Of a stretch of DNA of 45,967 nucleotides, positions 12,790-25,053 are shown piece after piece. The position numbers and the translations under genes were made by a program. How positions within the stretch are numbered: position 1 is the first letter of the stretch; each line of letters opens with the position of its first letter. The stretch comes from Octopus sinensis. Lineage: Eukaryota. The DNA lies in the NCBI RefSeq assembly GCF_006345805.1, contig NW_021834497.1, positions 1 through 45,967 of the forward strand, given 5' to 3'. A model generated the notes under the pieces. That model did no database searches. It worked only from the letters and a program-made list of their open reading frames with translations, and had not been told where the DNA came from.

Positions 12790-13205
12790 CAAAAGCGGAC
12801 GGAAAAAAAGAAAATTCGAAGGCGTCGACAGCGGAACGAAGCGCGCCACTGCCGACGCCAACGGCGAGGTAGGAAGGAAGAGAGAAATGGTCATGGAGCT
12901 CGCAAAGCGTGCAAGCCCCGTCGTCCGAGCGCCATGAGGGCGGGCCGACGCCGGCAGGGTGGTTGCGCGGTCGGCAGCAGAGAGTGCGGCAAGTCGGCGG
13001 GCTGCCGCTACTGCTACTGCTGCGCTGTTAGAGGGCTGAAACAAGATTGGCCGGCAGCCATCTTGCTGTAAAGTTTCTTGGTAAAGGTATCAATTGCGCA
13101 GAAATGAAACAACCGTTTATTCTCGAGGGGACTGTCTTTGGTCAGGACAGCGATATTCTTTAACGTACTTTGGTTTGTCATGTGCGTGTGTTGTGCGCAT
13201 GCGCA
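12790..13205 (-). promoter_or_regulatory. Candidate CpG-island-like promoter / 5' UTR of a leftward-transcribed gene
   Basis: The only GC- and CpG-rich non-repeat island; YY1-like CAAGATGGCTGC (minus, 13065-13054), CCAAT (13046-13050), perfect NRF1-type TGCGCATGCGCA (13194-13205). Confidence 0.45.
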
Positions 13206-13235
13206 CGTGCGAGCGTGTGTGTATAGATTGTATAT

Positions 13236-13445
13236 ATTTCTTTACTACCCACAAGGGGCTAAACACAGAGAGGATTAAGTCGATTACATTGACCCCCCCT
13301 CAGTGCGTAACTGGTACTTAATTTATCGACCCCGAAAGGATGAAAGGCAAAGTCGACCTCGGCGGAATTTGAACTCGGAACGTAACGACAGACGGAATAC
13401 GGCTACGCATTTCGTCCGGCGTGCTAACGGTTCTGCCAGCTCGCC
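13236..13445 (-). mobile_element. SINE family B, full length, with 19-bp TSD
   Basis: TSD GTGTGTATAGATTGTATAT at 13217-13235 and 13446-13464; head and CORE-like domain present. Confidence 0.93.
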
Positions 13446-13464
13446 GTGTGTATAGATTGTATAT

Positions 13465-14192
13465 GTGTGTGTGTGAGTGTGTGAGTGTGTGTGCGTGTGG
13501 ATTGTATATGTGTGTGTATATAGTGAATGCATGTATTGCGTGACTAAGTGTGTGAGTGTAAATGTGTGTATACGCGAATGCTTGCAAGTGTGTGTGTCTG
13601 TTTGTGTGCATCTGTGCGTGTGTGAAGTGTATATTTGTGTGTGTATATGTAAATATATGTATATGCGAATGTGAATGTGCATATACGTGAATATTTGCGT
13701 GTGTGTGTGTGCGTGTGCGTGTGTGTTTGTGTGCATTTGTGCGTGTTAATTGTATATTTGTGTGTGTATGTAAATGTATGTATACGTGAATGTGCGAGTG
13801 TGTCAGTGTAACTGTGTACATACGTGAATGTTTATATGTGTGTGTTGTTGAATGCGTATGTGTGAATGTGTGTGTTTGAGTGTGTGCTTGTGTGTGTAAG
13901 TATGGGTGTGTCTGTTTATTAATGCCTATGTGTGTTTCGGTGTGTCTAGTTACGTGTGTGGTTGCGAGTGTATTCGTGTAAGTGTTAATGTGTGTTATGT
14001 GTCTATGTGTGTATGTAATATGTAGTTGTACTATGTGTCTGCGCTTTCCTGAATATGTGTTTATGCATGTGGTGAGGTGTGTGTATGTGCGTGTTTCAAT
14101 GCATTTGTTCATGTATGAGTGTGTGTGGTCTTATGTGTGTACGAATTGTTGAATGTCTATATATATATATATAATATATATATATATATATA

Positions 14193-14261
<69 letters not shown>

Positions 14262-14297
14262 TATATATATAATATATATATACATACAAAATGTATA

Positions 14298-14334
<37 letters not shown>

Positions 14335-14335
14335 A
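13465..14335. repeat. Degenerate (TG)-rich field followed by (TA)n
   Basis: Direct reading. Confidence 0.9.
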
Positions 14336-14363
14336 TACTTTATTTTAAGCAGCAGAAAATTCA

Positions 14364-14414
14364 ACAAAATCTGTTACTCTGAGTTTCTCGTTGCCGTTCA
14401 TCAGACAGTTTTGC
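14364..14414 (-). ncRNA. Minimal type I hammerhead ribozyme with intact core
   Basis: Minus: GCAAAACTGT-CTGATGA-A-CG(GCAA)CG-A-GAAA-CTC(A)GAG-TA-ACAG(A)TTTTGT; helix I ~10 bp with one bulge; GUA triplet, predicted cut between 14375 and 14374. Confidence 0.8.
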
Positions 14415-14595
14415 TATAATGGAACTTATATATCAATTCAATCTATACTCTTACAGACGCTACACCTTTAAAAAGAAATGGGACTTGTTTGATTGGCCCT
14501 TTAGAAAAAAACGGTCAATCTTCGAGCGATAAACAAAAAGGTCAAAATATATGTATATATATATAAAAAAACTTATAAAAATTATAAAATCCGAG

Positions 14596-14599
<4 letters not shown>

Positions 14600-14638
<39 letters not shown>

Positions 14639-15115
14639 ATTATACGAGGGAGTATCTGTGTGTGTGTGTGTGTGTTTGGAGATGTGTGCGTGTAATCGAG
14701 TGTGCATATATGCACATGTGTATGGGCGTGTATCTGTGAATGTATTTGTGTGCATGTGTGTGAGCGTGTATGTGTGTGTGTGTGCATGTGTGCAAGCATG
14801 TATGTGTGTGTGCATGGGTGTAAGCATGTATGTATGTGCATGTGTGTGTGCATGTGTATGAACGTGTATCCGCGTGTGTGTGTGTGAGTATGTGAGTGTG
14901 TATCAGTGTATGTGTGTGTGTGTATGTGTGTGTGTGTGTGTGCATATGTCTGATCGTGCATCTGTGTGAGCGTGTATCTCTTCATGTGTGTGCATGTGCG
15001 TAAGCATATAACTGTGTATGTGTGCTTGTGTGTCGGCGTGGTCCTGTCTATGTGTATATGTGAGTGCACATGTATTTAAGTGCATGTGTGTGTGTGTGTT
15101 TGTGTGTGTGTGTAT
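14600..15115. repeat. (TA)n plus degenerate (TG)-rich field
   Basis: Direct reading. Confidence 0.9.
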
Positions 15116-15289
15116 ACATTATCACCGAGAACAATTAGAGTGAGAGAAGAGTAATGTAGCAACATTCTTGGTGGGTGGGTCATGGGGGGAAGGGTAAACA
15201 GTGAGAAGGAAGCGGAGCAGATTGGTGCGGGGCAAGAAATTAATAACTATGTAACAGGGTGATATTACTGTTTAATAACGACGGCGACT

Positions 15290-15291
15290 GC

Positions 15292-15345
<54 letters not shown>

Positions 15346-15497
15346 GATGATGATGTTGCTGCTGTTGCTGCTGCTGCTGCTGCTGATGATGATGATGATG
15401 AAGGCGATGTTATTATTACAACACACAAACCACAATCTTCATACTAGAACTATCACAATGGCAAACTACTACTACTACTACTACTACTAGTACTACA

Positions 15498-15579
<82 letters not shown>

Positions 15580-15730
15580 CTGCAGCTACTATCACTCCAA
15601 CCGCCACCACCGCCACCACTGCCACCACCGCCGCCACCACCACAACCACCACTACCACCGCCACCACCACCACCACCACCACCACCACCACCACCATTGC
15701 ATTACATTCCTCCATCACCGTTGCCACCTA
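15290..15730. repeat. Compound trinucleotides (GAT)(GCT)(CTA)(CCA)
   Basis: Direct reading. Confidence 0.92.
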
Positions 15731-15979
15731 CATCGCCGAAATAAATTTACCCGAACCAATGACGGACTTCCAACATAGTTGCTCGATCTACTAGAAATAG
15801 CAACCAGATTTCTCATGATTCGCATCCCTACCGTCTTAAAACGATGATAAGGTTACATAGGATATGATATGAGATTCACAATGCCTGAGGAGATAGGCAT
15901 GGTGGTCATAGCTGGAACTCTTTTGATCTTAGTTCTGTTCTGTCAGGGTCTATCTAGGGCTAAACAGCCACGACAATAA

Positions 15980-16366
15980 ACCTTTCTACTATAGGCAAAA
16001 GGCCTGAAATTTGGGGGAGGGGTAAGTCGATTACAGTACTTAATTTATCAACCCCAAAAAGATGAAGGGCAAAGTCGACCTCGGTAGAATTTGAACTCAG
16101 AACGTAACGCCAGACGAAATAGCGCTAAGCATTTCGTGCGGTGCGCTAAAGATTCTTTTCTATTCTAGGTACAAGGCCCGAAATTTTGGGGAAGGGGGCC
16201 AGTCGATTAGGTAGACCCCAGTATACAACTGATACTTAATTTATCGACTTCGAAAGGATGAAAGGCAAAGTCGACCTCGGCGGAATTTGAACTCAGAACG
16301 TAACGCCAGACGAAAGAGCGCTAAGCATTTCGCGCGACGCGCTAACGATTCTTCCAGCTCTCCGCC
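15980..16366 (-). mobile_element. Tandem dimer of SINE family B with 13-bp TSD
   Basis: Two CORE-like units; GCCACGACAATAA at 15967-15979 and 16371-16383. Confidence 0.9.
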
Positions 16367-17400
16367 TTCGGCCACGACAATAAGGACAAAAAGGACTGGA
16401 GCAATAACAACATCAACCAGTAGTCAACAAAGAGTCAACGACGATATTACTATGTCAATCGTGGGACTACTGCAGCCCATGGGATTTTCTGAATGGCAAG
16501 TCTAGCGAAAGGTTATCTTGAACACTTTTAGTCGTGCTGCCCGTCTGATGTTGAGTTATGTACCATGCGGCCCGTCTCTCGAGAAAGGTTGCCTATGCCT
16601 GCCCTATGTTGTCACTTGTTCTGCTAGAAGCAGAAACCAAATCTTCAGATTCACTTTACAGTCTAAAAAGAACACATTCGACAAGATAGTGTAGCCACGT
16701 ATAATCGAATAGATGGGTTGATCACAGCTGGAAAACCCTTATAGGATTTTTATACATATCCATCACATGCCTACAAACATACATACATACACACATACAT
16801 CCATACATACATACATACATACATACATACATACATACATACATACATACATGCATACATACGTACGTACATAGGTTCAAAGACAGGCAGACACACGATT
16901 TTGATGAGAAGAACGGGACTTATTGTAAACTCTTCAAGTGACTAGTTATCGGTTACATATCTACGGACCTTTCCATATTTCATTTGAAAATTATGATTAT
17001 TATTATTACGTAACAACAACCACAACAAAGACACCACCACCACCACCAACAACAACGATTTAAATAGCAACAAGAGCCCTCAGAGAGAGCAAACCGCCAC
17101 CACTGTTTCTTTATTTTGCCACTACGGCCACAACACAGAGGGGACACTACAAAGATAGACACAACACCTCAGTGAGGCCAAGAGATGTTCTATAAAAGCG
17201 AAATGGCTGCATGGGTCCCACTATCATTTGAACGTTTATATAAACTATTTGCAATCGTTCGATTACCTTATTGTCTTTTTTTAATCTCGTTTTTTTCCTC
17301 TTTTTTTTTTTGTAAATGAAACAATTATACTTTTTTCCTTCTTTCTTCAATAAAACAATTTCACTTACTTTTTCCTTTTTAATATCTCATGAAAGGTTCT

Positions 17401-17555
17401 AAATCCTTTCTACTATAGGCAAAATGCCTGAAATTTGGGGGAGGGGTAAGTCGATTACAGTACTTAATTTATCGACCCCAAAAAGATGAAGGGCAAAGTC
17501 GACCTCGGCGGAATTTGAACTCAGAACGTAACGCCAGACGAAAGAGCGCTAAGCA
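17401..17555 (-). mobile_element. SINE family B, head-truncated
   Basis: Same internal deletion (GTCGATTACAGTACTTAA) as the left unit at 15980. Confidence 0.88.
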
Positions 17556-17556
17556 C

Positions 17557-19018
17557 TACTGGTGACAATTCATCGAACTCAACCATCACTCCTAGCGGGT
17601 CAATCCCTTCTCCACACGCGTCTTCTAGTCTGTTGTAAGCGTCCTTGTCAACCACGATGGCCTTCACATTCTCGGAATACACATCCGTGGGCAACTTTAC
17701 TCTTATAATATATCTAAACTTTAATACTTTCTTTTCAGTTTCTTTACTTTTTGCGTACATCACAAAACTCTATCGAAATTTTCCTTTTCTTATTTGTTTT
17801 CTCTTTTCCTGCTCCGCTCCTGGTACCTTCTTTTCTTCCACCACTCTGAACAGTCTCTCCGGTTGTGTTTCTAAATTTTCTCCCTCCACTGGAACAACCG
17901 GTGTCTTCACCAATGTCTCTTCCTTATGCAACTCCTCCTTGAACCCTTCTTCAAGTTCCTTTTCGCTGACTTTATCCACCACCATTCTGTCTTCCTTCTG
18001 GTCTCCCTTTCCATCTCTTTTTCTGCTGCTCTGGCCGAGAGATCACTCTCCCACTTCTCTTTCTTTTTTAAAAACCCCGTGAACCCCTCCTCCGTTGCTT
18101 TCTCCTTTATCTCGACCTGTACTACTTGGTCCGTGCTCTCCTGCCTCTCCGTCTGCTCTACCTGTTGTTCCTTCTGGGGGCACCTCACTTTCATTTGGCC
18201 CTTTTCCCCACATGTATAACATACAGGCAGCCTGCCCTCCACCACCACCTCAATCTTACGTCATCGGGCAGCACTATCTCTTTGACAATTCTGTTTAGGT
18301 CTTCCACTGTTTCTTGAACAGTTAACTCTATTCCATATCACCAGTAGGTAAATCTTTGTGTTCTTGTGGCCTTCAGTGTCTTGGCCTCCTCATTCATGTT
18401 ATACATTATAGCTGTCAGCAGTCATGCTTCTTTCAGCTCTGGAGGCAAGTTGTCAACTCGCGCCCTGGCCACACGTTTGCCTCAGTACGATGGCAAAAGT
18501 ACCCATTTTTCCGATCTTATTGCCTCCGTGGAGTGCTTAACTGCTTACTCTTCTGATGCAAAACGCACCCCCACAGTAGTATACTTTCTCCCTCTTGCTA
18601 TAAATGTGGTTAGTCTTAATATTCTTCAAACATTCTTCAATAGCCTCTATTGTCGCTATTTCTATATTCCTTGGTGCTATCTTCATTGTCTTATATATCA
18701 CGGTTCTTTTCATTGAGGCGGCGTGTATTTCCGTCTCTTTCCAGCAACTTCTCGCATTCCTAACTTCTCGAGGTTCAACCTTTATTTCTCGTACCACCAG
18801 CGTTTCCACGTCTATCCCTTTTCCAGTTGCAGCCGCATAACTGTGGTCATCTGCTGGCGTTTTCTCCATTTTCCCCACAATGGGGAAAAAACAACAATTC
18901 AAAATAACACTACCAACAATTTGAACAGCAACAATCAATCAAACAAATATTTAACACTATGACTAACACAACAAAAAAACAACTCAAACCTCCGCCAAGG
19001 TAACACCAACGTCCTCTC
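17557..19018 (-). pseudogene. Retroelement gag/ORF1-like relic with a degenerate CCHC zinc knuckle and charged low-complexity C-terminus
   Basis: Frames joined across shifts give MEKTPADDHSYAAA...VEGRLPVCYTCGEKGQMKVRCPQK (C-x2-C-x4-H-x4-C with H>Q); no ORF2 seen. Confidence 0.65.
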
Positions 19019-19129
19019 ATTAATTAGCCAGAGATGATTTTTTAAATGAGAATATCTGAAATAAATTCGACTGCTTTCACAAATGAGAATACTAAAAATG
19101 AACCCGACCACTCTCAGAAATTAAGTAAA

Positions 19130-19282
19130 AAAAAAAAAAACCGGAAAAATAATCCAGATTCCTTGTCCGGTACCGGATCGATTCCAAAATCTAATCAGTT
19201 CGTGTCTGTCACGAGGCCAAACATCCCTGAAAGTTTCATCCGAACCAGCGGTTCTTGAGATATCTTGTCCACGGACAATCAG

Positions 19283-19350
<68 letters not shown>

Positions 19351-19400
19351 TAATCAATCAACCAGTCAAACAAACAAACAAATGCGACTGGTAACAAGAC
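19130..19400 (+). repeat. Probable non-autonomous repeat fragment ending in (CAAT)n/(CAAA)n
   Basis: Unique-looking segment ..GGTTCTTGAGATATCTTGTCCACGGAC running into tetranucleotide repeats; family not established. Confidence 0.3.
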
Positions 19401-19451
19401 TGACAATGGCGAAGACAACGGTAATAACTATTACTGCAACAAGTAACAACT

Positions 19452-19723
19452 GGTACTCCGTCGCTTACGACGATGAGGGTTCCAGTTGATCCGATCAACT
19501 GAACACCCTGCTCGTGAAATTAACGTGCTGAGTACTCCACAGAGGCGTACCCTTAAGGTAGTTCTCGGAGATTCAATGTGACAGCGCTGGCACTTTGAAA
19601 GACACGTACTACTCATATTTGCCAGCTCAGTGAACTTGCAGCAGCGGGAAATAAAGTGTCTTGCTCAAGAGCATATGACTTTATGATCTTGAGCCGGCTA
19701 CCCTAACCACAATGCCACGCGCC
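19452..19723 (-). mobile_element. Degenerate SINE family C variant (head 2 plus module X)
   Basis: Module X (GACGATGAGGGTTCCAGTTGATCCGATCAAC) and ATAAAGTGTCTTGCTCAAG as in 30486-30802. Confidence 0.75.
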
Positions 19724-20029
19724 TTCACTGACTGTAATAAGTCAACAACAACAAACAAAACTAAACAAAAACAAAAAGCAAACAGAAGGCAAATAAACAG
19801 AAAAAAAACCCATCAACAACTAGAAGAGAATTAAAAGGAGCTAGAATGTCAGTGAGAAGAACAACATTAGTGCCGAAACAGCAGCAGCAGTAGTAGTAGT
19901 AGTAGTAGCAGCAGCAGCAGCAGCAAGAGCAACAACACAAACAACAATAACAATGATAAGAAGAACGGCAACAGCCATAACCACAACAAACACAACAACG
20001 ACGACGATGATGACTATGACGAGATGATG

Positions 20030-20088
20030 ATGATGATAGTAATAGTAATAATAATAATAATAATCATAATAATAATAATAATAATGAT

Positions 20089-20125
<37 letters not shown>

Positions 20126-20130
20126 TTAAC

Positions 20131-20176
<46 letters not shown>

Positions 20177-20202
20177 TTAATAATATAATAATAATAATAT
20201 AA

Positions 20203-20259
<57 letters not shown>

Positions 20260-20261
20260 CA

Positions 20262-20300
<39 letters not shown>

Positions 20301-20326
20301 GTAATAATAATAATAATAATAACAAC

Positions 20327-20370
<44 letters not shown>

Positions 20371-20376
20371 CAGTAA

Positions 20377-20437
<61 letters not shown>

Positions 20438-20461
20438 GTAATAATAATAATAATAATAACA

Positions 20462-20527
<66 letters not shown>

Positions 20528-20560
20528 GTAATAATAATAATGATAATGACAACAACAATA
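20030..20560. repeat. Long (AAT)n microsatellite
   Basis: Direct reading. Confidence 0.97.
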
Positions 20561-20789
20561 ATAACTGGAAGAGAATTAAGAACAAGAATGTCAATGAGAA
20601 CAATTATAACAACAACACCACCAACAACAACAACAACAATAAGAATAACTAAGAAAAGGACAACAACAACAACAGCAACAACAATATTATGACAGCAGTA
20701 GAATAACAGTGAATGAAAGTGACACCGTCTTTTAAAAATAAATATACTAAGCAAAGCAATGTCAACAACAACGTTTCTCATTTTTCTGG

Positions 20790-22400
20790 TTTGTGTGTGT
20801 GTGCGTGTGTGTGCGTGTGTGTGCGTGTGTGTGTATTTGCGTGTGTGTATGTGTTTGTGTGTTTGTGTATATGTATGTTTGTGGAGAGTGAGGTGTGTGT
20901 GTGTGTATGTGTGTATGTATGTGATGATTGTGACGAGTATGTGTGTGTGTGTGTTTGCGTGTGTGTGCGTGTTTGTGTATATGTATGTTTGCGGAGAGTG
21001 AGGTGTGTGCATGTGTGTCATGAGTGTGTGTGTGTGTACGTGTATGTTTGCGGAGAGTGAGGTGTGTGTGTGTGTCTGTGTATGTGTGTATGTATGTGAT
21101 GATTGTGACGAGTGTGTGTGTGTGTGTGGTGTGTGTGTATGTGTGTATGTATGTGATGATTGTGACGAGTGTGTGTGTGTGTGTATGTGTGTGTGTGTGT
21201 ACGTGTATGTTTGCGGAGAGTGAGGTGTGTGTGTGTGTGTGTGAATGTGTGTATGTATGTGATGATTGTGACGAGTGTGTGTGTGTGTGTGTGTTTGCGT
21301 GTGTGTGTGTGTGTTTGTGTATATGTATGTTTGTGGAGAGTGAGGTGTGTGTGTTTGTGTCATGTGTGTGTGTGTACGTGTATGTCTGCGGAGAGTGAGG
21401 TGTGTGTATGTGTGTGTACGTATGTGATGATTGTGACGAGTGTGTGTGTGTGTGCCTACGTGTGCGTGCGTGTGTACATGTATGTTTGCGGAGAGTGAGG
21501 TGTGTGCATGTGTGTCATGAGTATGTGTATGTGTGAGTGTGTATACGTGTATGTTTGCGGAGGGTGAGGTGTGTGTATGTGCATGTGTGAATGTGTATGT
21601 GTGTATGTGTGCGATGACTGTGTGTGTGTGGTGAATGTATGTGTGTGTGTTCGCGGAGAGTGACGCGTGCATGTGTATGTGTATGTGTGTGGTGTTGCTT
21701 GTGTATATGGGGTATGTGTGTGAGTATATGTGTATGTGTGGTGTGTGTGTATGTGATGTATGTGTGTGTGTGTGTGTATGCATTCGTGAACGTGCGTGCG
21801 CGTGTGTATATATGCATGTATATGTGTACGTGTGCGTGTGTGTACATGTGTGACGAATGTGTGTGTACATGTGTTTGCGGAGGTGTGTGTGTGTGTGTGT
21901 ATGTGTATGTGTGTACGTGCGTATTGACTCTGTGTATGTGTGTGTGTGGTGAATGTGTATGTGTGTGATGACTGTGTATGTGTGTTGTGCATGTATGTGT
22001 ATGTGCTTACGGAGAGTGAGGTGTGCATGTATGTGTGTATGTGTATGTGATGTGTGTTGTGTACTTGTGTATTTGGGGTATGTGTGTATATGTGTGTGTG
22101 TGTATGTTTGCGGAGAGTGTGGTGCTTTGATGTGTGTGTATGTATATATGTGTCTCAGTGATGTGATCTGTGTATGCAGCGTGTTGTTGTTGTTGTTGTG
22201 TGTGTAAGAGAGTGTGTATAACGATGTTTGAGCTGTATGTGTGTGCGTGTGTGCATGTCTGTGTGCATGAGCGTGCGTGTGTACGTGTGTGTGCGCGTGT
22301 GTCTGTGTGTGTATGTGAGTGTGCATGTGCGGAGATGCGGTGTTAGTAGTTTGTAGTATGTAATATGTAAACATGCATGTATGTGTGTGAGTGTGTGTAC
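20790..22400. repeat. TG-rich compound minisatellite with recurring GTTTGCGGAGAGTGAGG and GATGATTGTGACGAG motifs
   Basis: About 11 copies of the first motif and 5 of the second, separated by variable (TG)n. Confidence 0.85.
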
Positions 22401-22405
22401 GTGTT

Positions 22406-22570
22406 GGAGTGGCTGTGTGGTAAGTAGCTTGCTAACCAACCACATGGTTCTGGGTTCAGTCCCACTGCGTGGCATCTTGGGCAAGTGTCTTCTGCTATAG
22501 CCCCGGGCCGACCAATGCCTAGTGAGTGGATTTGGTAGACGGAAACTGAAATAAGCCTGTCGTATATATG
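22406..22570 (+). mobile_element. SINE family A, 5' half (split by the tandem array)
   Basis: Head through GAAACTGAAATAAGCCTGTCGTATATATG. Confidence 0.92.
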
Positions 22571-25053
22571 TAATCAGCCGAAATTACTACGATGATCCGG
22601 TTCTTGACTGAAGACTGAGGGGTTCGAATGTCCTGTCCATGTTTATTGTATCGTCTTCTATGAGTTATACGTTCTTGTCCATGTTGTATTTTTCTACATA
22701 CCTTAACATATATTCCAGGCGCCCCGTACCCCCTTTATCATTAATGTGAACACATATTCTTAATAATTGGTACGACTCTCTGTTTGTCTCTCTCTCTCTC
22801 TCATTTTTACTTTCTCTCTATTCATCTTCTCTTTCCTCTGATCCTTTGGTCTAGTCTTCCACTACCCTCCTATTTCTTTGTCTCGCTCTGCACTCACAGG
22901 TCATTCTTCGACACCCATCCCTTCTCCTCTCTGATTCCTTCTTTCTCTCTCTTCTCTCTCTTTGTTGCGTTTTGTCCCCCTTTTCTCTCTCTCTCTTCTT
23001 TGCTTCTCTTTCTTTTCTTTTCCCTCTTCTCTGTCACGTGACTGTTGGCCGAAATCTGCCTTTCAGCTCCTGACCCTCGTCGTGTTAACATCGTTGTTCT
23101 TCGTCCGCCGCTATAAAGGCTTTTTCCAATGCGCCAGAGAAAAAATTTGTTTGCTTGTTATCAGTCGTAAGACACTTGTTGTTTTCACCGTTAATGCTTC
23201 TGTATTTCATGTTTCTGTATTCCATTATTGTTTTTTGTTTTTTTATATCTGTCCCTTTTGCTGTCCTGGTGTTCGTATGCATTCGATCCTTCTTCCAGGA
23301 AATCTACGCTTCCAGCTTAGTTTTTCTTGGAGGGCTGGCCGTGATCTAGTAATCTCAAGATTAATCAGCCGAAATTACTACGATGATCCGGTCTTGACTG
23401 AAGACTGAGGGGTTCGAATGTCCTGTCCATGTTTATTGTATCGTCTTCTATGAGTTATACTTCTTGTCCATGTTGTATTTTTCTACATACCTTAACATAT
23501 ATTCCAGGCGCCCCGTACCCCCTTTATCATTAATGTGAACACATATTCTTAATATTGGTACGACTCTCTGTTTGTCTCTCTCTCTCTCTCATTTTTACTT
23601 TCTCTCTATTCATCTTCTCTTTCCTCTGATCCTTTGGTCTAGTCTTCCACTACCCTCCTATTCTTTGTCTCGCTCTGCACTCACAGGTCATTCTTCGACA
23701 CCCATCCCTTCTCCTCTCTGATTCCTTCTTTCTCTCTCTCTCTCTCTCTCTCTTGTTGCGTTTTGTCCCCCTTTTCTCTCTCTCTTCCTTTGCTTCTCTT
23801 TCTTTTCTTTTCCCTCTTCTCTGTCACGTGACTGTTGGCCGAAATCTGCCTTTCAGCTCCTGACCCTCGTCGTGTTAACATCGTTGTTCTTCGTCCGCCG
23901 CTATAAAGGCTTTTTCCAATGCGCCAGAGAAAAAATTTGTAAGACACTTGTTGTTTTCACCGTTAATGCTTCTGTATTTCATGTTTCTGTATTCCATTAT
24001 TGTTTTTTTATATCTGTCCCTTTTGCTGTCCTGGTGTTCGTATGCATTCGATCCTTCTTCCAGGAAATCTACGCTTCCAGCTTAGTTTTTCTTGGAGGGC
24101 TGGCCGTGATCTAGTAATCTCAAGATTAATCAGCCGAAATTACTACGATGATCCGGTTCTTGACTGAAGACTGAGGGGTTCGAATGTCCTGTCCATGTTT
24201 ATTGTATCGTCTTCTATGAGTTATACGTTCTTGTCCATGTTGTATTTTTCTACATACCTTAACATATATTCCAGGCGCCCCGTACCCCCTTTATCATTAA
24301 TGTGAACACATATTCTTAATAATTGGTACGACTCTCTGTTGTCTCTCTCTCTCTCTCTCATTTTTACTTTCTCTCTATTCATCTTCTCTTTCCTCTGATC
24401 CTTTGGTCTAGTCTTCACTACCCTCCTATTTCTTTGTCTCGCTCTGCACTCACAGGTCATTCTTCGACACCCATCCCTTCTCCTCTCTGATTCCTTCTTT
24501 CTCTCTCTTCTCTCTCTTTGTTGCGTTTTGTCCCCCTTTTCTCTCTCTCTCTTCCTTTGCTTCTCTTTCTTTTCTTTTCCCTCTTCTCTGTCACGTGACT
24601 GTTGGCCGAAATCTGCCTTTCAGCTCCTGACCCTCGTCGTGTTAACATCGTTGTTCTTCGTCCGCCGCTATAAAGGCTTTTTCCAATGCGCCAGAGAAAA
24701 AATTTGTTTGCTTGTTATCAGTCGTAAGACACTTGTTGTTTTCACCGTTAATGCTTCTGTATTTCATGTTTCTGTATTCCATTATTGTTTTTTGTTTTTT
24801 TATATCTGTCCCTTTTGCTGTCCTGGTGTTCGTATGCATTCGATCCTTCTTCCAGGAAATCTACGCTTCCAGCTTAGTTTTTCTTGGAGGGCTGGCCGTG
24901 ATCTAGTAATCTCAAGATTAATCAGCCGAAATTACTACGATGATCCGGTTCTTGACTGAAGACTGAGGGGTTCGAATGTCCTGTCCATGTTTATTGTATC
25001 GTCTTCTATGAGTTATACGTTCTTGTCCATGTTGTATTTTTCTACATACCTTA

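Noticed and set aside
20014-22374. 786-aa minus-strand ORF, the longest in the window
   Set aside because: It is entirely (CA)n- and (ATT)n-derived His/Thr and Ile/Leu runs; repeats lack stops by composition.
22608-22640. CTGAAGA...CGAA in each tandem unit as a hammerhead
   Set aside because: No GAAA, no helix II, and no helix I partner.
22569-22708. TG...CA-bounded 140-bp block as a TRIM/LTR
   Set aside because: The TG is explained by host SINE sequence (the intact copy reads GTCGTATATATGTA), internal copies lack it, the last copy lacks CA, and no PBS or PPT is adjacent. Kept only as a weak alternative.
22962-24959. 143-148-aa hydrophobic ORFs in the tandem units
   Set aside because: They derive from CT/T-rich sequence, start at non-ATG or variable positions, and are not preserved in unit 2.
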